From the human T2T-CHM13v2.0 reference genome, Homo sapiens, in assembly GCF_009914755.1 (NCBI RefSeq), contig NC_060927.1: DNA of 64,000 nt; one strand, given 5' to 3'. The notes below the pieces were generated by a model that did not search any database, was not told the DNA's origin, and saw nothing but the letters and a program-made list of their open reading frames with translations. Both the position numbers and the translations under genes were made by a program. Positions 26,821 through 40,700 of this stretch are shown here, in pieces. The first letter of the stretch is position 1. Each line of letters starts with the position of its first letter.

Positions 26821-28285
26821 TTCAGGTTTATGTATTTCTTACCTTTCTTCTTTTTTGGCTATAATTTAAAAAAGTATTAAATCTTTTCTTCTGATTGAAA
26901 AATCTCCAATGTTTTATAAATAAACAATCATGGTGTGCCAGCTCCATCGTAGGACACTAGTGCAGATTATAAGGATGCCAAGTGGAATGAGACACTGTCC
27001 CTGTTATGTAAATCTCCTAGGAGAAACACACTCTGATATTTTCAATAGTTAAATTCTAGAAAGGTTTTCTGGCTAAGTTCATATCTTGTGTTTTCTACAT
27101 CCTCTTAAAATCTTACTATTTAAAATATAAAGACAAAAGAGCAATCTACAAAAATCTATGTATATCTCTTTTGTAACCTGTGATTTAATCAATTTAGACA
27201 ACTGCCTTTGGTTAGATTTGGGTAACTAAGAATATGCATGGAGAAGCAAATCCTGACCTAATTCTATCACTAACTAACTGCTGAAACCTTTTGCTCTCTT
27301 TCCGCTTTTGCTCCTTTCTCCCACTTTCCATAAGCCAGTCAAAGTATTCAAGCTCCACATTATTCTAGCTGTAGAGACTTCTGCTCCAGATATTAATGTC
27401 TATAAAAATATTATCTCCCAGCAAAACCTTCCCTGTCTCTCAAAAGTAGGAAACATTTACCCATTCCTTTTGTATCTTCTCCCACTTAGTTGTGTGTGCC
27501 TCACGCAGGGGCTATGGCTTATTTACCCAGCTATCCTTTGCACACAGTATAATGCAAGATGCATAACAGCTACTAAGCAGTCAATAAACATTAGCTCCAT
27601 GAACTTCCCCTCCAACATTTAGCTTAATATCTCTACATGCTAAATGCTGAATTTGTACTGATTGGCTGATATAAACTCTTAATTTGCCAATCATTAGAGG
27701 AAAAGCATTACTATCAAGTTTGCACCACTATTGTTTAGGCTATTATGTCTTCAAACTATTATAGCAAAATTCAGGCTATGCAACAAGCAGAAGCAAACAT
27801 TAATGAGACAGTGCACTTGTGATACCAAAGCATTCCTCAGCCAACTGTCTTTTACTCTGCCTTTTACTCCCTGCTATAATCATTCAGTTAATATTTGCTA
27901 ACCGATGAGTTGAATAGTGATGCATCATAAACAGTCTGATGACAGTACCAATTATAAAGACAAGAAAGGACCATGTGTTTATGTTCAGAAAAGAAACTGG
28001 CAAAGGCAGCATAGTAGAGGGGATTCAGCTGGGACTGAACTCAGGGTGCCTGATTATCTTGGCTAGTTCGCTATTCCACAAGTGTAAAGAAACCTATGGT
28101 GCTCATCCACCCTAGTGGAAAAGCATCTTTCCTACTGAAATTACCTTCCAGCTGCATAATGTCTGAACTATAGGGCTCTAAAAAGAGATTTCAACCCTTC
28201 GGTCAAGACTCCCTGAGCACCTGCTGTAACTCAGGTTCTATAATAAACAATAAAAGAATAAGATCTCAGACACTCACAGTCTAGT

Positions 28286-28510
28286 CTAAATGCTGGCAAA
28301 CATTTTTTGTATAAAGCCAGATAGTAAATGTTTTAGGCTGTGTGGTCCATACAGCCTCTGTGGCAATCACTTTTGCATGCAGAGCAAAAGCAGCGTTAGA
28401 AAATATGTACACTATTAAATATGGCTATGTTTGGGTTGTAGTCTGCTTTATATACAAAATCAGGCAACTGACTGAATTTGGCCCACAGGGCGTAGTTTGC
28501 CAACTCTTGG
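28286..28510 (+). mobile_element. MER58A (hAT-Charlie)
   Basis: GGCAAAC...CCAGATAGTAAAT.TTTTAGGCT...TTTGGCCCACAGG..GTAGTTTGCC. Confidence 0.85.
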
Positions 28511-28589
28511 TATTCAGGTACATTTTTTTAAATTGCAAAACAGTGAGCTGTATGTTGATGAAAGCTTCCCCTTGCATTTGCATAACATT

Positions 28590-28765
28590 TCATAATTTAT
28601 GAAGCTATTTCATATATATTAGCTCAAAATTTAATCCCTCATACCAACCCTTTAAAATAGGTAGGTCTTATTATCTTCATTTTATAAATAAGAAAACTAA
28701 GGCTCAAATAAATTAATTTCCTTAAGTCATCATATAGGTAGAGATGGAGCTAAGATTTGAGCTTC
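28590..28765 (-). mobile_element. MIR
   Basis: ATTTTATAAATAAGAAAACTAAGGCTCA core. Confidence 0.7.
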
Positions 28766-28774
28766 CACCTTACA

Positions 28775-29180
28775 GGCGTAGATTACTAAATGCTCACCAA
28801 AACTTACTTCCTCTTCCTCCAGTGCACACAGACCGACTGCATTTTCCAGACTCCTTTGCAGTTGGGTGTGGCCATGTGATTAGGTTCTGGCCAGTGGAAT
28901 TTGGGCATTGCCCTTTAAAACTTCCTCATAAAAACTGGCTAACATGATCCTCTGCTTTCTTTTCTCCTTCCATTTGGCCAGAGGAGGTACTCCTAGGGTA
29001 ATCTTTTGGGTAACATGTTGACAACAGCAGAACCACAAGACAGAAGCAGCCTGGGCCGCTGAATCATCTCTTGGAAGAGAGCCACTCAAGCAGGAACACT
29101 TGTATTAGACTGGGAAAGCAGTAAGAAATGTGTATTAAGCCACTGAGATAGCTTTATCTGCATATTACTTTAGCTAATAG
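28775..29180 (+). mobile_element. MLT1J-like LTR
   Basis: CATTTTCCAGACTCCTTTGCAGTT.GGTGTGGCCATGTGA.TAGGTTCTGGCCA. Confidence 0.75.
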
Positions 29181-29589
29181 AGCCTGTGCCCAGGTCCAGT
29201 GTTGTTTGCATTCAACTATAGCCAAGATGCAAAGGATGAGTTTACCAGGCCAATGAGACAGAAGAGATCATATTTCAGAAGGGGACATTCAGGCAAAGCA
29301 AAGAGTGCTTTCAAGAAAGAAGAAATTGTTCTACATGGTTAAATAGTAAACTAGCAAGGTAGTGGAAGGAGAGGAGGCAAAGATAAGCACTGGGAAAGAC
29401 CTGTGCCAACACTGCGGTAAAAGGACTTGGAGAGAACAAGAGACAGCAATTAGATCTGCCTCTAGCACACTCAATCTAAGGAAGAAGAGGCTGGAGGCAG
29501 GGAGACCACCCCTAGAGTCTGATCAGCCCCGGCCTCACCAGAGCAGAGCTGTGAGCCGGCAAAATATTTTCTTTATGTACCCTGATTTT

Positions 29590-30230
29590 TAAATAAATCT
29601 GATTTTTTCCAATTATAAATGTAATATATGATAATTACAAATGTATAAAGAAGTATGAAGAAGAAAATAAATCACAAATAATCTCATACTCAAAGATAAC
29701 CAGTATTAATATTTCAGAGCATAAACTTCTGAGCTCATTTTACCTTTCTCTTTAGCAGATATGTTTAGGCATGAAGAAAAATGGAAATGTAAGATAATAT
29801 TTTCAATTGACTATAACTATCAGCATCTTCTCATATCAATCACCATAGATATTCACATACTATTAGTAGCCTTGTGCACACAGTATAGATGTGCTATCAT
29901 TTTTTAAAATCAATTGTCTACTAGTATATATTTAGGTTGCTCCCTTTTTCTTGCTATTACAAAAATTATTGCAATAAACTTACTTATACATTTATCTTCG
30001 TGCAAATGTACAAGCAATTTGACAGGACTAATTTCTGAGCCAAAGAGTTTTTCTACTGTCAAATTGCCCTCCAGAGAGATGGTACTAATTCAGATTCCCA
30101 CTAGTGGTGTATAAAAGTGCCAATTTTCCCACACTTTTGGTGACATTGAATGTCATCTTTTTTTTCCTTTTAATTCTTTGGCAATCTGGTAAGGCAAAAA
30201 CATATATATCTATCTCATTCTTTTAATTTT
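29590..30230 (-). mobile_element. Old L1ME-like fragment
   Basis: Antisense L1 3' motifs (CAAATTGCCCTCCAGA, TTCCCACTAG...TTTTCCCACAC). Confidence 0.65.
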
Positions 30231-30750
30231 TGAAAACACAGTTACTCAAGTTTTTAGTTCTCTTCTTTGTATTTTAAAATATTCTCTCTGGTCTATGGAT
30301 GATCCTAAACATATATTTATTATCTTTAAAGTTACAGTGTGTTTAATTTATACAACTGGGCTAAGTGAATAGAAGCAGAGTCATTTTTGGATTTGAAAGA
30401 CTTAGTGTGAAAGAAGTTAACACAAATAATCACATGTTAATTCTCCTCAAGGGGTATCAAGGATGGTGGGTGAATTAGCATTGTCAGAATTGAGTAGATA
30501 ATCTATTTCTGCTTTTATGTGCTCTAAATAACAAGCCAGGTACTCATTAAAATTAGCTAAGGATTTGTTTAAGTTATTGCTTCTTTGGTGTTTTTCACAC
30601 CTTTATCATATGCTTGACTTATCTTTGGTTTTGGTTATATACTAGCTAGGGCAAAGGGTAAATATACAAGGAAGCTTAGAGAAAAAATATAAGTAGAAAA
30701 CTAATATAGGTTGTCAAACCTGAGAAAAAGGAAATGATGAGACACAGATG

Positions 30751-30752
<2 letters not shown>

Positions 30753-30792
<40 letters not shown>

Positions 30793-30802
30793 ATGTGTGT
30801 GT
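30753..30802 (+). repeat. (GT)n microsatellite, 19 pure units plus an interrupted end
   Basis: Seen directly. Confidence 0.97.
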
Positions 30803-31639
30803 AAGACAGATACTAAAATGAGCAGGCATGTATTATTAGGACATATATTCCAAGGTAACATTTATTAAAGGCCTATGTACCAAGCACTGGACAAGACTTG
30901 TTATCCACATTATTTTATCTGATCCTCACAACTCTTTGAAGTGCACAGAATCCATATTTTTTAAATGAAAATGCCCAAAATCCATATTTTTAAATTGTGT
31001 GCCAGAGAAATTGACCAAGGGATTAGCCAAAAGCTCAGCCACTATTAGAACTTTCGCTTGTCTTTTGCTATAATTTTATTCCAAATTCCATACTCTCCCC
31101 CACTGTACACTAAAAAAATCCTGGATTAGAATTTCCAGTGCTCTCCCTGACACCAGTGTTCCTCTTCTCTCATGTAGGGGTACAAAGAAACAAATAAATG
31201 ATAAAGTAAAAAGGGGAATGGGTTGCATGTGAGAATAAGGGATGGTCCCAGCAACTTTAATAAAGGAATAAGAAAATAAATTATCTATTGAGTATATGAG
31301 AAATTAAATTGAAGGGAATGTAACCTTAGAATAGTGTCAGAAAAGTCAGGAATAAATAAGTTCAGGATAAAGAAGTAGCACAATAAAATAATGGCATGAA
31401 AAAACACACATATTTGTAAAATGAAAATATTTCTAAAATGAAAAATAATAACTAGAAACCACATAATTATAAAACTGATTGGCTCAACTGAGAAATATTA
31501 TGTCCAGCCCCTTAATCTTAACCTGCTGTTAAAGGAACACTTTCTCCATTGTGTTAATATTCTTAATAATCACATGCCAACTTCCCCACCACTTTTTAAA
31601 TGCAGTAACCAAAACTGAACCCTTTCATCAAAAGAGTCA

Positions 31640-32005
<366 letters not shown>

Positions 32006-32471
32006 TCAGGAACTGCTAACACTATTTGCAGTAACAATCAACAAGTTGAGAACTTTCATCTGTTTGTTGCTCTCTGTGAACCTCATCGGGGCTTCTGCCA
32101 AGCCTGCCAATATTTGCTTCACTTTGCTTTGTTTCTGTTCTTAATAACACTTACCCGAGCTTAGAACAAGAAAAAGCACTGGACTTAGAAAGATCCCCTA
32201 GCCCAACACAAGAGGTAGACAACTGACTCCAAGGTCTGACAGTTAATTCAGGTCAAAGCCAGATACAATCAACCATTGATTCTTATCTTCGTGGGCATGC
32301 ATGGGGTTTTATAAACCAAATATATTCTAAATTGTATTTCTATGTAAAAAATAAGACGAATTGAGAAAACTAGGGAAAAGATGTCTAAAAACAGAAAGGA
32401 CAACTGTGGAGAGATTACAACAAATAGGAGAGGGTGAGGGTTCAGAGGGGAAAATAAGAAACGTGAGCCTA

Positions 32472-32772
32472 GGCTGGGTGCGGTGGCTCACACCTGTAAT
32501 CCCAGCACTTTGGGAGGCCAAGGCGGACAGATCACCTGAGGTCGGGAGTTCAAGACCAGCCTGGCCAACATGGTGAAACCTTGTCTCTACTAAAAATACA
32601 AAAATTAGCCAGGTATGGTGGCACACGCCTGTAATCCTGCTACTTAGGAAGCTGAGGCAGGAGAATTGCCTGAGCCCAGGAGACAGAGGTTGCAGTGAGC
32701 CAAGATCACGCCACTGCACTCCTGCCTGAACCTCAGAGAGAGACTCAGTCTAAAAGAAAAAGAAAAAGAAAA
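32472..32772 (+). mobile_element. AluSx/Sz
   Basis: Full dimer with GAAAAA-type tail. Confidence 0.93.
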
Positions 32773-32852
32773 GCGAGACTAAAGAGTAGAATGGGATGGC
32801 TTCATTCTTCATCCATTGTATTCTTCCTTTGTCCCCTTGTGCATAACTGGGG

Positions 32853-32980
32853 ACATAAATGGTGTAACTCCTTTCTGTTTACATGTGTGTGTGCATGTAT
32901 GTACTACATGTACTGACATCTCTGGAAAAACACAAATCCACATGCCAAAATATCAACCACAGTTATGCCCGAGGAGTGGG
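32853..32980 (+). repeat. 128-bp direct repeat, copy A (copy B 33778-33905)
   Basis: Ungapped alignment, about 10 mismatches by eye. Confidence 0.9.
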
Positions 32981-33157
32981 CATCACCACTTGCTTTCATC
33001 CACTACTTCTTCAGAAAAAAAAAAAAAGGCATACATTTGTGGTCAAAAACAGTAAGTAGTAATGAGAGAATATGAAATAAGTTGAGAATGACTATACACA
33101 AAGATTAAATAGAGAACTGGCTAAGCACATTTTTTTAAATAAAATAAGAAACTTGAA

Positions 33158-33424
33158 GGCCAGGCACAATGGCTCATGCCTGTAATCCCAGCATTCTGGG
33201 AGGCTAATGCAGGAAGATCACTTCAAGCCAGGAGTTCAAAACCAGCATGGGCAACATACTGAGACCCCATCTCTAAAAAAATACAAAAATTAGCCAGACA
33301 TGGTGGCATGCACCTGTAGTCCCAGCTACTCGAGAGGCTAAGGTGAGAGGTTCATTTGAGCCCAGGAGGTCAAGGCTACAGTGAGCCAAGATTGTGCCAC
33401 TGCACTCTAGCTTGGACAACAAAA
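33158..33424 (+). mobile_element. AluJ lacking its 3' end
   Basis: Dimer ending at CTTGGACAAC. Confidence 0.9.
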
Positions 33425-33777
33425 TTTGTATGTTCTTATTCTCTCATTTTCTTAGTTAATTTTCTGGCCTTTTCATTTTTAAAACCATCAGTGAGAACAT
33501 AAGAAAATAAGTTAGTAAATAAAAGGAATACAAAAATGAGAAAATAAGGAAGGTATAATATCATTGAAATTAAGATTAAAACCTCAAAATCAGAAAAATA
33601 CTCATGGTGTGAGAGGCACCTGTTTACTAAGTCCAACTGAAGACCTGTCTCCTGTTCATACTGTTCATATTTCAACAAGTAGAAATAGGAAGGTGGAGAT
33701 ATGAAATGGCTCACACGATGTATAGTCTTCGTTCTCTTTTGTTGATCACATAAAAGTTTAATTTCTTTATGAGACCT

Positions 33778-33905
33778 ACATCAATGGCGTAACTCCTTTC
33801 TGTTTACATGTGTGTGTGCATGTATGTACTACATGTACCAACACCTCTGGAAAGACACAAATCCACATGCCAAAATATCAACCATGGTTATGTCCAAGGA
33901 GTGGG
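33778..33905 (+). repeat. 128-bp direct repeat, copy B (L1ME-like 3' sequence)
   Basis: About 92% identical to 32853-32980. Confidence 0.9.
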
Positions 33906-34979
33906 AAAGGCAAGAAGAAAGTTCATTTTAGCATTTGATATAAATCAAGATTGCTTGTTTTTTTAAAACAGTCCTTGGGTATAACCTTAGACATTCAAAA
34001 TAAAACAAAGAAAAAAGATTATCAAGGGCAAATGATGAGCTCAGACATAAAGATGAAATGCAAAGAGAAATTATAAAAGAGGAATGAAATTGTCCTTTAA
34101 AGCTGCCTTTTATTTCATTTCTTCTTTTCTCATTTGATTTTATTTCACCATCTGGGGAAAGAGGGTTGCCTCAGAGCCCTGCTTGTATATTTTCTCAAGT
34201 TTTATCTTTATACATCCTCCCTGATAAAACTGAAAATATTCACATGGATTTTAAAGAAAAGCAAGAAGCAAGAGGTCACTGGATTAGACGAAAACCTTAT
34301 GTAACACACATATGCAACCATGACTTATTCTTTAAACAGATCGATAGAAATAATCATTCACCTTTCTTTAGAGAGACAGCTGAAGTAACTCTAGCTCACT
34401 CATGGTAGCTTCTGTTTTGCTGACAAGTAATTAGAGACAGTTACAGATCATTTGTCAAAACTTCAATGGGTAGGGTTCATGGCCCTGATCTGAACCAATT
34501 TCTCAAGCAGATGACAAGACCCTTTCCCTTGGGCTGTGTAATCTATCTTTCATAGCATTTCTAGACTCTTTTTCCCAAAATACCACTTTTACATCACCCA
34601 TATACTCCAAAACTTACCATGTTCTCACCTTGCTCTTTAGATCCAGCACAAACTCCTCAGGGAGATATTAAAAACACGGCTAACCATTCTTACCCCACTG
34701 CTTCCCTGTGCCAAACCCTGTGTAACCTACCATACTGTTCCCCTTTCCATCTCGCACTCAGGAAGTATATATTTGCAGGCCCATTTATTCCAAGGAATAT
34801 CAGGCCAACCTGTCGGCTGGGGAAAGGCATATGCACAAAGGAGGAGATGTTAAATGGAGATGTCTTCATAGAGACAGAGAACCTTTTACAAAAACAGGCA
34901 ATCGATTGCTTCCTGCCTATGTATCTTACCACCTCTAACAAAGTAATAACATTTCTAAGAGAGGGAACAGAGCTGCAAG

Positions 34980-35130
34980 TCCAGGTTCCAAAGTCAGCCA
35001 GCAGGATTCAAATGTCAGCTCTACCAGTTACAGCTGACCTAGAGCAAGTTCTTTTCTCTCTCTGCACCTCAGATTCCTTGCCTCTAAAATGAATATAACT
35101 ATATGCACTTCACAGAGTTATGATGAAGAT
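34980..35130 (+). mobile_element. MIR
   Basis: GGATTCAAATGTCAGCTCTACCAGTTAC...CTCTCTGCACCTCAG. Confidence 0.7.
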
Positions 35131-35239
35131 TGCTAGTTGCCAAAATTAGTAGTAGGTACTCGATTTTTTTTCTAATGAATTTGATCCCAACATTTGCTAT
35201 AGAAAACTATAGAATCTGTCCTTTTCCTCTGATGCTATG

Positions 35240-36260
35240 TTCTGAAGCAGTAACCCTAATCAAAATAACTTAGGCGGTTACTTTGATGAGCATTTATATA
35301 GTCACAATAATGTAAATGTAAGTAATCACAGTAATGTGAACTTTGTTTATTGATATTAAACTTTTAAAGTCAATCTATGATCAAAACATAGGAGGAGTGA
35401 TTCTGAGTATAGAAAAAGAATGAAAAAATAATTATACTAAGAGAAGTTAGGAGGGATAAAAGAGGCAAAGGTTTGGCAAAGGGAGAGTGATGGTCACTAG
35501 GTAGAGTAATCCAGCTGGCAGAGCAGGAAACCAAAATGTAAGTGAATTGTTAAAACTACAGGGATAACCAATACAGTAACCAAAGAGGACATGGGGCAAT
35601 ATAAGTGAGCTATTTCTCATCTATCATAGAAGAAAATCAATAATTAATATCAAAAGTTGAGAAATCAATAAGTGGCAGTGTAAGTGCATCAGTTGGAGAT
35701 ATAAAAGTAACACTAAAACCCTACAAAAAGGAAAGTAAAAGAGTTAAAAGTAATTTATTTGGAAAGAGGCGAAGAAGGCTGAGAAAAAACTGTATTTTTC
35801 GTTAATAGTTCTATAATATTGTGTTTAAATTTTTCAACTTTTTAAATTAACAAGGCGTAACAAAAAACTCTATTCACAATACCGACTAAAATCATAAAAA
35901 TAAACCTACCAGGAAATGTGAACAACCTACATGAAGAAAGCTCTAAATCTTGACTGATATAATAGAAGGACCTAAGAGAAAACGTAAAATATGATGAATC
36001 CTACTGTGTTCCTGAAAGGGGGAATCAATGTCTTAAAGTTGGCAGTTCTCCTGAGTTAATCTATAAATGTAATGTAATTCCAACCAAAACCCCAACTAAG
36101 TGACTTCTGGAACTAGACAGGCAGTTCTAAAATTTATCTGGAATACAAAATACATGAAAAGAGCCAAAAATTTCTGACTAAGAACAATAAGGGAGAACTT
36201 GCCCTCACAGATAATTCAGAAATAAACTAACAGCTCTGTAGAACAGACTAAAGCACACAA
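35240..36260 (+). mobile_element. Decayed L1M fragments
   Basis: ATCTATAAATGTAATGTAATTCCAACCAAAA.CCCAAC and TTCTAAAATTTATCTGGAA ORF2 motifs. Confidence 0.65.
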
Positions 36261-36769
36261 CATTACAGGTATCACCTTCTTCATTAAATAGGGAAACAGC
36301 CATATTCCACAATGTGAAACACCAAGAAATGGCCACAGACCTTCCTGCCCTAATGTTACATTTGGACTGATTATGCAAGCAATATGACAACATTCAAACC
36401 AAATTCCTACAACCTAGGAAAAGTTGAGGAGGGGTTCTCTAACTTCTTGGAGAAATCATTTTTTGTTTGCCATAAAAGAATAGGATACTCATAATTAGGC
36501 ACAATTCTGTCTAGTGGACAAGAGGTCACGACCTTACTAAGAACAGAAGTGTTAAATTTCTTATCAGGCAATGACTTTCTTGTAACTAATTTATCCCAAA
36601 TACAAGGCAGTGACTGAATAACAAGTGTATGCAGAAAAAGCAGCAGTTATGAATTCTACAGCAGCTTTGATCAGGGGCAAAGGACACCAATGTGGACTTG
36701 AGAGCCTAATGTTTTCTTATGAAAGATCATCTTAGCTAAGAAACTTGAATAAAGACCATTGTTTCCTCA

Positions 36770-37270
36770 ACTATTTACTGCAACAGCTTTCTGGTCTCCA
36801 GTGCTCCAGCCTCACCCGTTCCACCATCAGTCTCCAAACTGTTGTCAGAGAGCTCTTTCTAAAACTCAAATCTGATTATTCTCTCCCCAGCTTAAAACCT
36901 TCTGTTGCCTTTTTTTTTTTTTTTTTTTTTTTTTTGGTAATAATGTCTAAATTTCTTAACCTGGATTACCAGGTCTTTATTATAACACCTGGTCCTTGCT
37001 ACTCCTTCAGCTTCAACCCTTGCTTATACACCTGACATCATCCTCATCATATTTCAAGGCTCAGTTCAAATGTCACCTCCAGAAATCCTTTGCTGACTTC
37101 TCCATACTCAGGTACCACTGGAATGTTCCTCTATTACAGTATTACTGTTATTACAGTAATATAAGCATGTTTGTGCACTATACCAGAAGTTACTACAAGA
37201 GAGCTAAGTTCTTTTTATTCATCTTCATATCCCCAACCAGCACCTTGTAGATAAAGCACATGGTCTATCT
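36770..37270 (+). mobile_element. L2 fragment
   Basis: CTTTCTAAAACTCAAATCTGAT and TTCAAGGCTCAGTTCAAATGTCACCTCC. Confidence 0.7.
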
Positions 37271-39857
37271 CTATTAATTGTACCCATTAATGATTAGCAG
37301 TTGAGAATTCCACAAGAAGCTCTCCATTTTCCTCCCTAAAAAAAACAGCCTGTACAAAGGATTCAAATGACATAGCATGAGCAAAATCACAAATATCTAA
37401 ATGTAGCAACTTCTAAAAGAAAAAAATCTGTATGACTGAGAAGGGTAGATACAGCTCTCATGATCTGGGAATTGGATGGCTCAATTCCAGCCACAGATCT
37501 GTTACACGTCTTCAAGAAAATTATGCAGTCTCCCTATGACTATTTTTTCTTCTTATAAAAGAATGAGATTGCTATGGTTTCTTCCTGCTCAGAAATCTAG
37601 GACTCGCTCTTACGTTGACATCTACCCTTCCATCAGGCATTCGTACACAGCATGCACACTGCTGGCATGTAGGCTATACTAGGCCATGGGGGAAATTAGT
37701 AGCAGATGGTACCAAAGTTCTAGGTCAAAGTGTATTTACTGTCATCCCAGAACAAATATGATTTCTTTTCATTAAAGTATATGAAATATACATTATCCTT
37801 ATTTGTACAACTATACCATCTTACATATCTGGGGTCCTTTTCTATCTTTCAAATGCTTTCAGAGACCAGTAATTCTTACAACAACCTTGTGAGGTAAGCA
37901 AGAAAGTAGTATTATCTCTTCTTACTAAAAAGGAAATTGAGGTTCAGAGACACAACAAGATGATAAAAACACCTTCCTTACATGCCTCAAGCTTGCTCCT
38001 GCTTCTAGTTTTATGTTGCAGTTCAGGTCCCTACGTCTTCTCAGTGTTGTTCAGAATCACTAAGATGAGCTTTAGTGCATTACATGAAATTCTAAGGTAA
38101 ACAACAACAATAACAATAATTTCCTAATTATATACACAAATACAAAATATAGGAGCAAACATGGGCTTTATACTTCATGGTCTTCCTGCCTCCGAATAAA
38201 CATTCCTCAACTTTGTACTCCAGTCAATTGAAGCCACTCCACTAATGTTACTGTTTAACAATGCAACTCAGATTTCATGATATTTCAGAATCTATCAATT
38301 TCACACACTCAGATATAGAGTTGATCTGCATAATTCAAGATGTTCCTTTTAAAATTGATCTGGAAATCAGAAGAAAGATTTTTTGAAAAATAGTCTTGCT
38401 ACCAACTGAAATGATTTTAATACCAAGATGGCTAGTCAGTAATGAAAATTTTTCATTCAGCAGAATAAAATCACTAAGATAAATAATAGAAAATCTATTA
38501 AATAAAATATGAAATATTTGCTCAATGAAAAATCTCTGGTAAGACATCTGTATGTGAAAACATCTACCTTGAAACAAGACACCTTACATTCATCAACTTT
38601 GAAAGCTTATATGAGTAGGAAAATTATATCAAATTTCCACTATGTTTAAGAATTAAAGCTCTATTTTAAATTTAAAGATCATCTTATGTGGTAAAGGTAA
38701 TAGAAGTCACTTTCATCATTACTTCCATAATGTGTAAAGCAAGACGACCCTGATAGTATGCTGTGCAGTTCAATTTACTCCTACATTCTGCATACATAAG
38801 AGTTTCCAAACATATTATAAGACAAAACTCTAAATGGAAATCCTTCTGACAAACTGCATGTTAAGTAAGCCAAATCCTTCCCTATTTCTGTATGAAAGCT
38901 TCTTCCCAGGCTTAGAAAACTCAGGTATACTCAAGAAAATCTCAACCATGGTACAATTTATGTTTTGAATAAAAAGCAAACATCAATGCTGGTACTGGGA
39001 ACATGGCACATTAAAGCTGAAACCATAAACTAGCAACAATCTCCAGACAGGCTTTCAGATCAGCATTGATGGGATAAAGTTACATTTGAGTAGACGCATA
39101 TGAATAACCTGAAATGACAGACAAATTTCAGTTTGAAGGTAACTTTAGAAGACATTTCTTGACATGTCATTTATTCTGTCTGACCAGGAAGGAATAATTC
39201 TTATAATTCAAGAACAATCTCCATAGATTTTCAATTTCTAATCTCCTAACTCATACTTTAAGATGTTTTTCTCATGCTCCTGGAGCTGACAGGCTGTAAG
39301 AACATGATACATGGATCCTGCCTCCATTTTATCTGTGCTAAATACTTCTGCCATTCTATTTTATAGAGCTAATTATTTTTACTATCCCTGACTAGTTTTA
39401 ATTGATACAAATTGGGAATCATTCTCTCCAGATTATTGTAGAAAGTTAAAATATAGCTTTATTCATCATTATTCAAACTGAACAAGACTTGACAATGTTT
39501 CAGTTAAAACCTACTGTTCATAAATGTCAGACAAATGAAATTTTTAGGCATGTCTGTATCCTGACTTATAACCTAAGAATACAAATTATTTTCTCACTGA
39601 CCATTTTAATATAATGATATACTTTCAGTTTGCCAGCATGCAAATTCTACTCTTATAAAAGTCTACATTTATACGAAAAAAACACTTCTGCCTAAACAAA
39701 AATACTTTGTTACCTCATTTCATACTGAAATATAATAAATATGTTCTGAAGAATTCAAATAAATATTTAACTTAACTAAACATGAAATAAAATAAATGTT
39801 TACCATCTTTTACTAGGACTATTACACTTACCTTAAAATTAGTAGTATGAGTCTTAC

Positions 39858-39900
39858 CTTTTTCTGGACTTAAGTTTTTATACACTTCAAGGTCTGCCAT
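39858..39900 (-). CDS. PLCH1: PLCH1 first coding segment MADLEVYKNLSPEK(V), phase-1 donor
   Basis: Minus strand ATG GCA GAC CTT GAA GTG TAT AAA AAC TTA AGT CCA GAA AAA G|GTAAGA matches the recalled N-terminus MADLEVYKNLSPEKVERCMSVMQ of human PLC-eta1. Confidence 0.95.
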
Positions 39901-40700
39901 TAAATTTAATACTATTACACATTATTGGCAAGAGCAGTACAATTTCTCTCTAAAGGCAAAGCCTTTTCCTGATACACATTTCCAAAAAGGGTGGGGGGAA
40001 AAAAGGCAAAGAAATCCTTAGCAGCCCCCAGAACTTGGCTCATGCTGCCCTTTATGGCATGATGAGATCTTCACAATTCAGGCTTTATAGTGTGGAGAAA
40101 ATAAATCCATGAGATATGATTATAGAACTTTGTCCCAAAGTGAAAAGCACAGCCAGATAAGCACGCTGGAAGCATCTGCTCGGGGCTGCCGCTATTGTGG
40201 GAATGCAGGCGCTGTGGCTACTTTGGGTATGAGACATGCATGCTTCGTGCAGCGCGTTAAAGCCCTCAAGGCATTATGCACATTTAATGTCTGGGAAGTG
40301 TAGGTCTTTATCCATCAAAGAAACCCTCCTCACCTTCAGAGGTCATTGAGAAACACTGATTACCGTGGGAGTGACGCAGACTGAATACAGAAAATGAACA
40401 TGCACACACAGAGACACAGAAGCACACACACAGACACACACTCTCAGAAGCAAACATCACTCCATCGGAGGCAAACACAATCCATTAAGAAATAAGCTAC
40501 GACTGCCCTATAGGCTACTTTTGTGCAAGTCAGGTTAAGTGCATATTCAAAGCGTTGAGGGTTTTCCTTGTTTTTTTGTCCTGATTTTATTCACACACAA
40601 ACATAGCAATGATCACAGAAAAGACTGGAATGTTTCCAACTTAGAAGGAATGAGGTTACAGTTTGAAAACACTTACTCGGTGGAGGCTATTTCTCATGTT
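39901..40700 (-). promoter_or_regulatory. PLCH1: 5'UTR and putative alternative promoter of the MADLEV isoform
   Basis: Free of recognisable interspersed repeats; 7 CpGs in 40160-40260; CRE-like TGACGCA at 40372; CA-rich tract at 40400-40440. The TSS cannot be fixed from sequence. Confidence 0.6.

Noticed and set aside
34619-35092. 157-aa ORF, the longest in the track
   Set aside because: No recognisable domain, runs into a MIR, and the length is compatible with chance.
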